Origin: a virus
Direction: 5' to 3' (one strand)
Length of the DNA stretch: 51,436 nt
Virus record (IMG/VR): IMGVR_UViG_3300023116_000003
Below are positions 1 to 7,886 of the stretch, piece after piece. The position numbers were made by a program, and so were the translations under genes. The notes below the pieces were generated by a model. It ran no database searches. It saw nothing but the letters and a program-made list of their open reading frames with translations, and was not told where the DNA came from. Position 1 is the first letter of the stretch; every line of letters begins with the position of its first letter.

Positions 1-127
1 TCCATCAACGCACCAGCAGCAGTGACGTTAGTTGTGTCTGTAACGTCTGCGAGGGCTTCAATGCCGTCCAGCTTGGTCTCGTCTGCTGTGGTAAAGGAAG
101 CAGTAGTAGCATCTAGTACAGCACTGT
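1..127. repeat. Terminal overlap: nt 1-127 are identical to nt 51310-51436 (circular closure or terminal redundancy). Unique length is 51,309 bp.
   Basis: Direct comparison of the two window ends: tccatcaacgcaccagcagc...gcatctagtacagcactgt is present at both with no mismatch. Confidence 0.97.
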
Positions 128-1304
128 AGGCTTGTACGTCTGTGCCTATGGTAAGTCCCAGAGAGGCTCTAGCAGTCGCTCCTGACTCAGCTACCCATGT
201 AGAACCATTGCCTACGATAATGTTGCCGTCAGTATTAACAAGAGCAGCAATGGCTGTCAGGTCAGCATCAAGAGGCTGTTTGTTATCTAGCTGTGTCTGA
301 ATAGCACTGGTAACGCCGTCAGTGTAGTTCAGTTCGGTGACAGTAGCAGTGATGCCATCTAGTGTATTCAGTTCTGATACGGTAGCTGTGATACCGTCAA
401 GGGTGTTGAGTTCGGCGGCTGTCGCTGTAATAGCAGTACCAGCCAAGTCAATAGAATCAACATACGCGACACCGTTAATGTAGATGTCTTTCCACTCTGC
501 GCCAGTAGCACCAATGTCGTAGGTGTTGTCAGCAGAGGGCAGTATGTTTGAGGCAACATCGGCAGCTAGATTAATTGTGTCTGTAGCTGCATCACCAAAA
601 GTCAGGTTGCCTGATATTGTTGCGTTACCTGTTACGGTAAGGTTCCCACCAACAGATATATCACCAGTAGTAGTAACAGCATCAATATAACCATGTGACC
701 AGTAATTAGAAGAATCACCAAGAGTATATGTGCTGTCTGCACTAGGAATGACGTTGGAAGCTACATCGGCAGTAATTGTAAGTGTGTCTGTAGCTGCATC
801 ACCAATAGTTACATTACCATTAAATGTTGCAGCACCTGTGACACCTAGTGTGCTAGAAAGAGTTGTCGCGCCTGTAACGTCTAGTGTAGTTCCAATTGTA
901 CCAGCACCATCTACAGTAAGCGTGTCTATAGTAGCTGTGCCATCTAAATACAGGTCTTTAAACTCTAATGAAGATGTACCTAAATCAATATCATTATCAG
1001 TTACCGGAACAATTGCGCCGTCTTGAATGCGAACTTGTTCTACAGCTGCGCTACTTACTTCTACATAAAAACCCCAGCGGTTATTGGTGCTATCAACTGC
1101 AATCTTATTTAAAAAGTCTTCGTCACCAATAACATGAATGTTACCGCCCTCGCCAGACGTACCATCATGCCTGTGTCCAGTTGTACCACTGCTTGCATAT
1201 GAAAACGCATTTACTAGCTGGTTGTATTCATCATTGAATAACGCAGCAGTAATAGTATCCCCATCCGCGAATGTACTTTGTCTAGTATAACTAGTTCCAG
1301 CCAT
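1..1304 (-). CDS. Tail fibre, N-terminal part. The gene crosses the window origin and continues at 51436->48759, about 1284 aa in total.
   Basis: ATG at 1304-1302 lies behind AGGAG (taggagataaaagaaaATG). My hand translation MAGTSYTRQSTFADGDTITAALFNDEYNQLVNAF...GHRHDG... has no stop down to nt 1. Through the 127-nt overlap it is in frame with track ORF 48759..51317. It is absent from the track because it has no stop inside the window. Confidence 0.85.
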   Translation of the reverse strand, partial: MAGTSYTRQSTFADGDTITAALFNDEYNQLVNAFSYASSGTTGHRHDGTSGEGGNIHVIGDEDFLNKIAVDSTNNRWGFYVEVSSAAVEQVRIQDGAIVPVTDNDIDLGTSSLEFKDLYLDGTATIDTLTVDGAGTIGTTLDVTGATTLSSTLGVTGAATFNGNVTIGDAATDTLTITADVASNVIPSADSTYTLGDSSNYWSHGYIDAVTTTGDISVGGNLTVTGNATISGNLTFGDAATDTINLAADVASNILPSADNTYDIGATGAEWKDIYINGVAYVDSIDLAGTAITATAAELNTLDGITATVSELNTLDGITATVTELNYTDGVTSAIQTQLDNKQPLDADLTAIAALVNTDGNIIVGNGSTWVAESGATARASLGLTIGTDVQAYSAVLDATTASFTTADETKLDGIEALADVTDTTNVTAAGALM

Positions 1305-1310
1305 TTTCTT

Positions 1311-2906
1311 TTATCTCCTACCCGAGGGCATATAATCTATGTACAAACCATTTATTGAATATGCAGGATTGTTGTCATTGCTTGAAAGTCTGAAACTAGC
1401 TACATGTCCACTTCCCTGTAATGATTGCCTTACTAAGGGGTCTAGTGAACCACCAAATACATTTGTTCCAAATACTGCTGATCCAAATAATGAAGGAGTT
1501 TGTACTTCAGTTAATGTGTAATCAGCTGGTTGAGGAATACTTGTATCTTCATAATTAAATCTTACACGCAAAGATGGTTGTACTTCACCTTCAGGGCTTA
1601 ATGAAATTTTTGCATAGTGTAATGTTTTTAATGTTCCTGCGTCACCAAAGTCTAAGTTTGGTGTTTTGTATCTCGCTGATATAGTTTGTGGTGTGCCTGT
1701 TTCATAAAAATAATTACCAGTGTCATGCACATAAATATAACCAGAGTTATCGCCGTGGTATGTTTTTTCAACACCATTACTCAAAAATGCAGATGAAATT
1801 GCGGGGGCTTGTATGCCTTCTGTTTCTGACCACTCAAATCCGTTTGGTGTAAGTGTTCCAATTAATCCTCTTGATGCAGAAATAGATGAACCAATTGGTG
1901 TGTAAAACAATCTATACTGCGATTTATTTCTTAATACTACACTGCTTATAGTGTAGTCAGTTATGTTAGAAGCTATATCTGCAACAATAGACTGCACCTG
2001 TCTTGATACAGAACTCAACTCAACGTCACCAATACGGGCTGTTGCAGCTACAAGACGAATACCGTCTGGGGCTAAGAATAAAACATCACCACCAATTTCT
2101 TGGATGCTATATCCATTTAAACAGCCTACGTTAGATGTAATCTGTGAAACAGCCACAGAAGCCGAGTCATTAATGTTGTCTAACCTATGTATTGTATTCT
2201 GACAGAAAATATAAAGAGAATCACGGAAGCTTTTAATACCTGTGATTCTATCATCAATTGTTACTGAACCAGAACCGACACCAGTAAAATCTCTATCATC
2301 ATTTGTTTTACTGTAATAAACAGTTGCAGGGGCGTTTGCCGTATCAACAATACAAATATGTTTGTTATGATTTTCAACATATGTAGCAGCAGCGGGAGTA
2401 GCTATTTCTTCGTAAACAAATACTCTACTAGCACCTGTACCATCAATATGGAAGTGTGCCATCTTGTCTGAGCCTGTTGCAATACTCAGCGAACCATAAG
2501 CACTACTTGTATGCCCAGTAGGTGCCCGCATTATTGCAAACTGAGCCTGACCTTGATTAGGTCTGTCTAATTCTGCCTGAGAACTGAGATTAGCTTCAGT
2601 AACTCCAGAATGACCTGTATCCCTATTAATCTGAGTCCATGTTGTGCCATCTTCAGTGTAGTAAATACTTGTGTCTACACATACAACAAGACCTAGTGCA
2701 TAAGGAAAAACACCATGAATTTTTGATGTCCCCTCAGGTCTAGTTGTTCCATAATTAGCATAACCATTTATGCGCCTATATCCACCGTCCGGGTCTACTT
2801 CAAAATTAATTAGCTGCGTAGCAAAGCCCGGCTGTTGCAGCATATCAAACTGGTTAAGGTTAGTATTTAACCCTCCCCTACATGAAAGACCAAATGGTTG
2901 GGACAT
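1311..2906 (-). CDS. Virion structural protein, 531 aa (tail tube/nozzle-like by position only)
   Basis: Track ORF. Its start overlaps the stop of the upstream gene (TAATG at 2906) and its stop is 7 nt before the fibre start. It lies between the coat-proximal genes and the fibre. I can name no motif. Confidence 0.85.
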   Translation of the reverse strand: MSQPFGLSCRGGLNTNLNQFDMLQQPGFATQLINFEVDPDGGYRRINGYANYGTTRPEGTSKIHGVFPYALGLVVCVDTSIYYTEDGTTWTQINRDTGHSGVTEANLSSQAELDRPNQGQAQFAIMRAPTGHTSSAYGSLSIATGSDKMAHFHIDGTGASRVFVYEEIATPAAATYVENHNKHICIVDTANAPATVYYSKTNDDRDFTGVGSGSVTIDDRITGIKSFRDSLYIFCQNTIHRLDNINDSASVAVSQITSNVGCLNGYSIQEIGGDVLFLAPDGIRLVAATARIGDVELSSVSRQVQSIVADIASNITDYTISSVVLRNKSQYRLFYTPIGSSISASRGLIGTLTPNGFEWSETEGIQAPAISSAFLSNGVEKTYHGDNSGYIYVHDTGNYFYETGTPQTISARYKTPNLDFGDAGTLKTLHYAKISLSPEGEVQPSLRVRFNYEDTSIPQPADYTLTEVQTPSLFGSAVFGTNVFGGSLDPLVRQSLQGSGHVASFRLSSNDNNPAYSINGLYIDYMPSGRR

Positions 2907-3676
2907 TAAACGTATACCACTCTATCGTCTTTAAAATATGATGGAGTAGGATCAAGAAGATTAGAACGCATGCTTCTTAGTCCTTTGTTATAGTCATCTA
3001 ACGCAAATGCAGCAGCCTGTGGGTTATCTTTAAACTGCCAAATGTAATATCTTGCCCTAGCCATTAAGACGGGCTTGTATAAATCTGGGAACACTATTGT
3101 GTCTGAATATGCAGATAGTTCTGTTGGCAAATCCCAAGCATAGAACCAAATACGATAGGTCTGTTTAGGGATTGGGCTTAGTCCAAACTTACGAGAGTCT
3201 GGACTACGAATAACAAAACGGGGTTCTCCCCAAGTCTGCGTATCCGCATCGTCTGCATTTTCTGCGGTACGCCTAAAATCTTTCCACTCTTCCGTGGTTA
3301 AAAATTTTAGATTCTTAGAAACATACGGGGCAGTCTCACCAGTAACTCCGATTGTAGTTACATAGAAAGTATCCCAATCAATTGCACCATAGTCAGTTGT
3401 TACATCTGAACTAGCAGCTTTAAGTTCGTACCAACGTGTACCCGCAGTAGTTTCAACATATACGTTGCCATACATTGGGTCTGTTGTACCACTTTCCCCA
3501 GTAGCAAGAAAAGGCCACTTAGGTTCATAGTTAGCTATGTCTAAGTAACCTCTATTGATACAGTCTTTAGCGTGTTGCTGTATGCCTGTAGCTGAAGCAA
3601 AGTTAGCAGAAGTTAATGGAACTTCATTCAGTTCGCGTAACAGTTCATTTGTAACAGTTAAGAATGATGCTGCCAT
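2906..3676 (-). CDS. Virion structural protein, 256 aa (adaptor / tail-tubular-A-like by position only)
   Basis: Track ORF, start-stop coupled on both sides (3676 and 2906), in the structural operon downstream of the coat gene. Confidence 0.85.
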   Translation of the reverse strand: MAASFLTVTNELLRELNEVPLTSANFASATGIQQHAKDCINRGYLDIANYEPKWPFLATGESGTTDPMYGNVYVETTAGTRWYELKAASSDVTTDYGAIDWDTFYVTTIGVTGETAPYVSKNLKFLTTEEWKDFRRTAENADDADTQTWGEPRFVIRSPDSRKFGLSPIPKQTYRIWFYAWDLPTELSAYSDTIVFPDLYKPVLMARARYYIWQFKDNPQAAAFALDDYNKGLRSMRSNLLDPTPSYFKDDRVVYV

Positions 3677-3798
3677 TATTTATCCTTTTTAAAGATACGA
3701 TCCCAGTTTTTTTCAAACTGTTCTCTAGACACCTGACTTTTGCGGGGTCTACCTCTGTGCTTGTTTCTAGCTTTTAAATTTATGCCTTTCTTTCTCAT
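3676..3798 (-). CDS. 40-aa basic micro-protein with NWDRIF motif
   Basis: Hand translation: MRKKGINLKARNKHRGRPRKSQVSREQFEKNWDRIFKKDK. Its TAA shares one nt with the next ATG (TAATG at 3676). It is below the 60-aa track threshold. A paralogous motif occurs in ORF 29124..29288. Confidence 0.55.
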   Translation of the reverse strand: MRKKGINLKARNKHRGRPRKSQVSREQFEKNWDRIFKKDK

Positions 3799-3828
3799 AA
3801 AAGAATGGGGGCAGTTTCCTACCCCCAC
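3799..3828 (-). terminator. Rho-independent terminator after the coat gene
   Basis: Minus strand reads TGGGGG-taggaaactg-CCCCCA followed by TTCTTTT. Plus-strand stem arms are 3806-3811 and 3822-3827. It starts 15 nt after the coat stop codon. Confidence 0.6.
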
Positions 3829-3842
3829 CTTCCTATCAACTA

Positions 3843-4829
3843 TTAGTCAATAATGTAGTACGCACCGACCATTGCTTCGGGACGCAATACTTTAACACCG
3901 TGAACATGAAGACCACGAACGATGTCACCGAAAGATGACGGATCGCGAATTACTTCAGTGTTAACGATAGTCTGTGCAGTAGCAGTAGAAGAAATATGAC
4001 CAGCCAGACAAACGCCAGTGGCATTAGACTGAGAAGGCATATTGTTAGTCTTGTACATGCTAAAGCCACGCAGCTTACCTTCAGCTACTAGACCATTCCT
4101 GATGGAACCCTGTCCACCGTTGTAGTCTACTGACAGCAGTTTAGAATCTGTCTGTGACAGTTCTTCATAAAAGTCAGGAGAAGCTACGAACCAACGACCT
4201 TCTTCAGGTACGCTCTGCTCGTCAAGAAGACGGGCCATACGCGCCATAAGATCGAGAGGATCGGTTTCACTAGCAACGCCAAGGTCTACCGCGCCAGCAC
4301 CATCATAAGTACCAGCAGCAAGAGCAGTCGCAGAGTCAGCACCCAGAGTGTGATCGGGGCTTGAAGCTGACAGACCAGAGACCATTTTGCTAAATACATT
4401 TTCGTCAAATGCATCGCGGAGTGAATAAGCAGCAGAAGAAGCTGCAACTTCACGCCAGTTTACATGAGACATGTTAGCTTCAATATCATCTACGATGAAC
4501 TTGAAAGCGTTAGCAGTGTCAACGACCAGAGTAATTTCCTGATCTGTCAACTTGGTCTGAGTTACGTCCTGACCACGCTCGTACTGATAAACAGTGATGG
4601 TAGGCTCTTTGATGATTTTAACAGAATCTCCATAAGCGGAAATCTCACCAGCGTAGTCAGTGTTAGTGACTGCTTCAGCAACCGCTGCCTTACGGAAGAA
4701 GTTAAGTACCTTCTTGCTGTAAACGGCAGGTAGGAAGAATGAATTGGCTTGACCACTTACGGAGTTAGCAAAGTTAGCATCAGTATCTGTTGCTGGTTCA
4801 AAATACTGATCGGCCTGATTATAAGCCAT
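3843..4829 (-). CDS. Major capsid protein (HK97-fold coat, P22-coat-like family signature)
   Basis: 328 aa with a GAGG RBS. It lies directly downstream of the scaffold-like gene and is followed by a terminator. The N-terminal signature FLPAVYSKKVLNFFRKAAV..TDYAGEI..GDSVKI matches coat proteins of this family, from memory. Confidence 0.88.
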   Translation of the reverse strand: MAYNQADQYFEPATDTDANFANSVSGQANSFFLPAVYSKKVLNFFRKAAVAEAVTNTDYAGEISAYGDSVKIIKEPTITVYQYERGQDVTQTKLTDQEITLVVDTANAFKFIVDDIEANMSHVNWREVAASSAAYSLRDAFDENVFSKMVSGLSASSPDHTLGADSATALAAGTYDGAGAVDLGVASETDPLDLMARMARLLDEQSVPEEGRWFVASPDFYEELSQTDSKLLSVDYNGGQGSIRNGLVAEGKLRGFSMYKTNNMPSQSNATGVCLAGHISSTATAQTIVNTEVIRDPSSFGDIVRGLHVHGVKVLRPEAMVGAYYIID

Positions 4830-4856
4830 GATGTATTACCTCAATATTAGACAAAA

Positions 4857-5696
4857 TTATCCTTTGATTACCCTGCCTTCAGAGATAGCTTGATTAATTT
4901 CATCTTCATATTTATCAAACTGATCTACAGACATACGGGCAATCTCCCGTTCTGTCCAAACCTTTGCTTCTTTAGCATCAACAGTTTTGGTCTTAGTAGA
5001 GACCATATCCGCTGCACTAGAGGTTGCAGGTCTAGACTGTTTAGAAGTTTTAGACTGAGGGATACCGTTTTCAAGCTTATACAAGTCAATTGCACGAGCA
5101 GCTAAAGACGCATTATTAGGATTGTTGTAAATCCAATCTTGTATTTCTTCAGGCTGTTCTTTGGCCCATGTGTGGAAACTATCATCTCCACGAATCTGGT
5201 CAAAGTCCGGGTGGCGTGACATTAACTCCGCTTCAGCTTCTTTCCGAGAAATATCTGCTTCGCGTTGTTTAATGCTAACCAATTCCTGACGAATATCTGC
5301 AATCTGCTGTTCGCTACGCATGTGCGCTACAGTTTCTACAGTTTCATACAAGTCGGGATACTTTTCCTTAAACTGTTCCAGTTCTTCAATAGACTTAGGT
5401 GCTTTATACTCGGGGGCTGCTGCCCTTGCTTGAGCAAGAAGCTGTTCCTCTTTCTGCTTGAACTCTGAAACACGTTTGTCATAATGTTTCTTTAGATCAT
5501 CATACCTTTTCTTGTAATTTGTTTTACCTTTTTCCTTCGGGGCTTCAGCTTCTTCGCTGGAGGTGGCCTCTGGTCTTTTCGGGGTAAACAAAGTGTCGGC
5601 ACTCACGAACTCTTTATCTGTTCCTTTGTGCCATTCCTTATCCATGTTGTAAGGATTAGCTTGTACTTCATCGTTATCCATAACTGCTTCAGTCAT
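4857..5696 (-). CDS. Scaffolding protein (start re-called at ATG 5696; the track used GTG 5726)
   Basis: Charged, coiled-coil-like sequence (KKRYDDLKKHYDKRVSEFKQKEEQLLAQARAA...) immediately upstream of the coat gene. GGAG lies 6 nt before ATG 5696. The GTG at 5726 sits inside an intergenic direct repeat. Confidence 0.8.
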   Translation of the reverse strand: MTEAVMDNDEVQANPYNMDKEWHKGTDKEFVSADTLFTPKRPEATSSEEAEAPKEKGKTNYKKRYDDLKKHYDKRVSEFKQKEEQLLAQARAAAPEYKAPKSIEELEQFKEKYPDLYETVETVAHMRSEQQIADIRQELVSIKQREADISRKEAEAELMSRHPDFDQIRGDDSFHTWAKEQPEEIQDWIYNNPNNASLAARAIDLYKLENGIPQSKTSKQSRPATSSAADMVSTKTKTVDAKEAKVWTEREIARMSVDQFDKYEDEINQAISEGRVIKG

Positions 5697-5708
5697 AATA
5701 GTCTCCAA

Positions 5709-5788
5709 ACGGGGCTTGTTGTCCACAAGGTAGCCATACCAATTTAGTCTCGTCAGACAAGTACGGGGCTTGTTACTCCAAGGTAGCC
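5709..5788 (-). repeat. Pair of ~26-nt direct repeats upstream of the scaffold gene
   Basis: Plus strand: acggggcttgttGTCCAcaaggtagcc (5709-5735) and acggggcttgttACTCcaaggtagcc (5763-5788). I saw this motif nowhere else in the window. Confidence 0.8.
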
Positions 5789-5791
5789 GTG

Positions 5792-6877
5792 TTAACGAAC
5801 ACTAGGCATTCTGTTTGCATCTAACATTTGTTTTCTGATTTCCTCATCAGAAAGTGTATCGTAAGATGTTGTATCAGAGGGTTGCCTAGACATTAATCCA
5901 CCATCATAAGCCCGTTCAGCATCATCCATCATTTTCTGGAGATTTTCGGGGCCAATCTGATCGGTGGCTTTTTTGGTGATCACAAACTCACCCGCAGACA
6001 ATCTAGCGGGAATTGAATCTGACACACCACTTCCCGGGCCATCAACCATGCCTGACCCGGAAAACTCTGAGGCAGTCTCTACAACCTTGTCAAAGATTTG
6101 ACTCAGTTGCGGGTCTTGACTCAAAGCATTCATTAGGTAGTCTTTTTCCTCATCTTCTAATGATTCATCAACTACGAAATCTATATATTCTTGCATCATT
6201 TCTTCATCTGGAAGCTGTGATGCCATCGCCTCATCCATTTCTTCGGGCGGGATGTTGGGGTAAGTATCAACAGGTTCTGCTTCCATGTCTGCCATTTCAG
6301 GGGGCATAGCCATGCTACCTTCGTTGTACTTTTTCATCTTACCACCACCGTACTTCTTTTCTTTCATATCAGTATTGTAAGCCCTTCCTTCAAACATAAA
6401 TACATCTGCATTTTTGTCTACTGCATCTTTAAAAGCTTGTCTAAAAGCTTGAGCCGACTCTGTATCTTTTTTATACGTTGGGTAATCCGCTGGATTTGTT
6501 CTTTCGCTAAGTTCAACAACAGTTGCTGGCTCTTCACCAGCTTCTGCTTTTGCAATTATATCCTTACCTTCTTTTGAATTAAGTGAATAACCAACTCCCC
6601 CTGAAACTACTACAGCACCTGCCATATCTTTAGCATAACCCTGCTGCTTTCTAGTCAAGTTTTTCATTACTTGTTTCTGATCCGCAGTTAAAGGTTTTAT
6701 AATTTTAATAGCAGTTTTTACTATACTGCCTAATGCATACTGCTCTCTTTCTGAAGGAACCATTAAACTACCATTTGATTTTTTTTCTTTATTTTCCATA
6801 GCGTAGTATACCCGTTCACCTTTTTCTGAACCGTATTGTTTTTTCATGGCTTCCATCTTTTCTTTGTTAACAGGCAT
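5792..6877 (-). CDS. Acidic head-assembly or virion protein, 361 aa
   Basis: Track ORF between the portal-proximal micro-genes and the scaffold. It has a D/E-rich centre and a C-terminal motif DSIPARLSAGEFVITKKA that I remember from phage assembly/internal proteins. Confidence 0.85.
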   Translation of the reverse strand: MPVNKEKMEAMKKQYGSEKGERVYYAMENKEKKSNGSLMVPSEREQYALGSIVKTAIKIIKPLTADQKQVMKNLTRKQQGYAKDMAGAVVVSGGVGYSLNSKEGKDIIAKAEAGEEPATVVELSERTNPADYPTYKKDTESAQAFRQAFKDAVDKNADVFMFEGRAYNTDMKEKKYGGGKMKKYNEGSMAMPPEMADMEAEPVDTYPNIPPEEMDEAMASQLPDEEMMQEYIDFVVDESLEDEEKDYLMNALSQDPQLSQIFDKVVETASEFSGSGMVDGPGSGVSDSIPARLSAGEFVITKKATDQIGPENLQKMMDDAERAYDGGLMSRQPSDTTSYDTLSDEEIRKQMLDANRMPSVR

Positions 6878-6887
6878 GTCTATACTC

Positions 6888-7043
6888 TTAAAAAATAACT
6901 ATAAGCAAAGCAAGTACTACTACAGCAGCTGCTCCAGCTGTACCTACACCAAGTTTAAAATCTTCTACACCATTTACAGCAGCTTTTACTTTGGCACCAA
7001 GCTGGTTACAAAGTTCAGTACCTTTCATTTTCAAATATGTCAT
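6888..7043 (-). CDS. 51-aa membrane-anchored micro-protein
   Basis: Hand translation: MTYLKMKGTELCNQLGAKVKAAVNGVEDFKLGVGTAGAAAVVVLALLIVIF, with a hydrophobic C-terminus. Its ATG overlaps the upstream stop (ATGA at 7040-7043). Confidence 0.5.
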   Translation of the reverse strand: MTYLKMKGTELCNQLGAKVKAAVNGVEDFKLGVGTAGAAAVVVLALLIVIF

Positions 7044-7294
7044 TTTCTGTATTTCCTAGTTTTAGCTGCAATCTTTTTTGGCTGTGCTGAGAACTGTTTG
7101 CCTTTCTTGGTGTCTTCTCTTTTTTTTCTGCTGGTAGCTGCATACTCTTTTGAAGACATTCCCTTTATAGCTTTTTCAGGCAGATATCTTTCACCTGTTG
7201 CCTTTGGGCCTTGAGTGGACGGCTTACCACTTTTAGTTCGCCACTTCTGGTCAGTCCACTTCTTTAATGACTTTTGTGGTTTTTTTAACGCCAT
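7040..7294 (-). CDS. 84-aa lysine-rich conserved small protein
   Basis: Track ORF with RBS AAGGCTAGG. The motif KWTDQKWRTKSGKPS...GERYLPEKA resembles a widespread small basic protein family (from memory). Confidence 0.75.
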   Translation of the reverse strand: MALKKPQKSLKKWTDQKWRTKSGKPSTQGPKATGERYLPEKAIKGMSSKEYAATSRKKREDTKKGKQFSAQPKKIAAKTRKYRK

Positions 7295-7464
7295 TGAGAC
7301 CTAGCCTTTTCTTTTGCTTTCTTGCTCAAGTCACCATAATGGAATAAGTCAACAGACTTGCTACTCATTGTCTTACCGGACATCAGCTTACCATCAGGGT
7401 GCTTGTGGTAGGCTCCTTTATGGACAGTGCCGTCTTTCTTGTAATGTTTAACGCCCATGCCCAT
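7285..7464 (-). CDS. 59-aa His/Lys-rich micro-protein
   Basis: Hand translation: MGMGVKHYKKDGTVHKGAYHKHPDGKLMSGKTMSSKSVDLFHYGDLSKKAKEKARSQWR. It overlaps the neighbouring genes at both ends. The H.HPDG.LM.G motif recurs in small phage proteins (from memory). Confidence 0.55.
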   Translation of the reverse strand: MGMGVKHYKKDGTVHKGAYHKHPDGKLMSGKTMSSKSVDLFHYGDLSKKAKEKARSQWR

Positions 7465-7643
7465 TATGATTTATAACCCCCGCCGTTAGCTTTGTATTCT
7501 TTGGCTAACATCTGTGCCTTACGCGCACTCCACTGTCCGGGTTTACCACCCTTGTCACCAGCTTTAATTTTGTTAAATAGCCTTTCACGCATAGCAGGTT
7601 TGGTGTAATTTCCTGCTTTGTTTACTGTTGACTTTTTCTTCAT
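7464..7643 (-). CDS. 59-aa basic micro-protein
   Basis: Hand translation: MKKKSTVNKAGNYTKPAMRERLFNKIKAGDKGGKPGQWSARKAQMLAKEYKANGGGYKS. This is a widespread bacterial/phage small-protein signature (from memory). Stop and next start overlap as TAATG. Confidence 0.6.
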   Translation of the reverse strand: MKKKSTVNKAGNYTKPAMRERLFNKIKAGDKGGKPGQWSARKAQMLAKEYKANGGGYKS

Positions 7644-7652
7644 GAGTAAAAG

Positions 7653-7886
7653 TTATAAATTTTTACTTTCTTTAATTGTGTTGTTAACTATATCTCTAAG
7701 CTGCTCTAGGCGTTCCAGAGAACTCACTCTCCCCTGACTGCGGTACAACTCCAGTTCCGATGTTGCCCCCACCAGTACCCGTAACTCCAAGGTCTTGGCC
7801 TTCTGGAGGTACTCCTTCAGGGCTTCCCATAACTCCGGGCTGTTGACCAGCGGGGCCAGCCTGTGCGCCAGTTCCTTGTCCAGCAT
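7653..7886 (-). CDS. Candidate overprinted gene (77 aa) overlapping the last 191 nt of the portal ORF in another frame
   Basis: Track ORF MLDKELAHRLAPLVNSPELWEALKEYLQKAKTLELRVLVGATSELELYRSQGRVSSLERLEQLRDIVNNTIKESKNL looks like a folded helical protein. TAGGA lies 7 nt upstream of its ATG. It could instead be an out-of-frame artefact of the GNN-rich portal tail. Confidence 0.35.
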   Translation of the reverse strand: MLDKELAHRLAPLVNSPELWEALKEYLQKAKTLELRVLVGATSELELYRSQGRVSSLERLEQLRDIVNNTIKESKNL

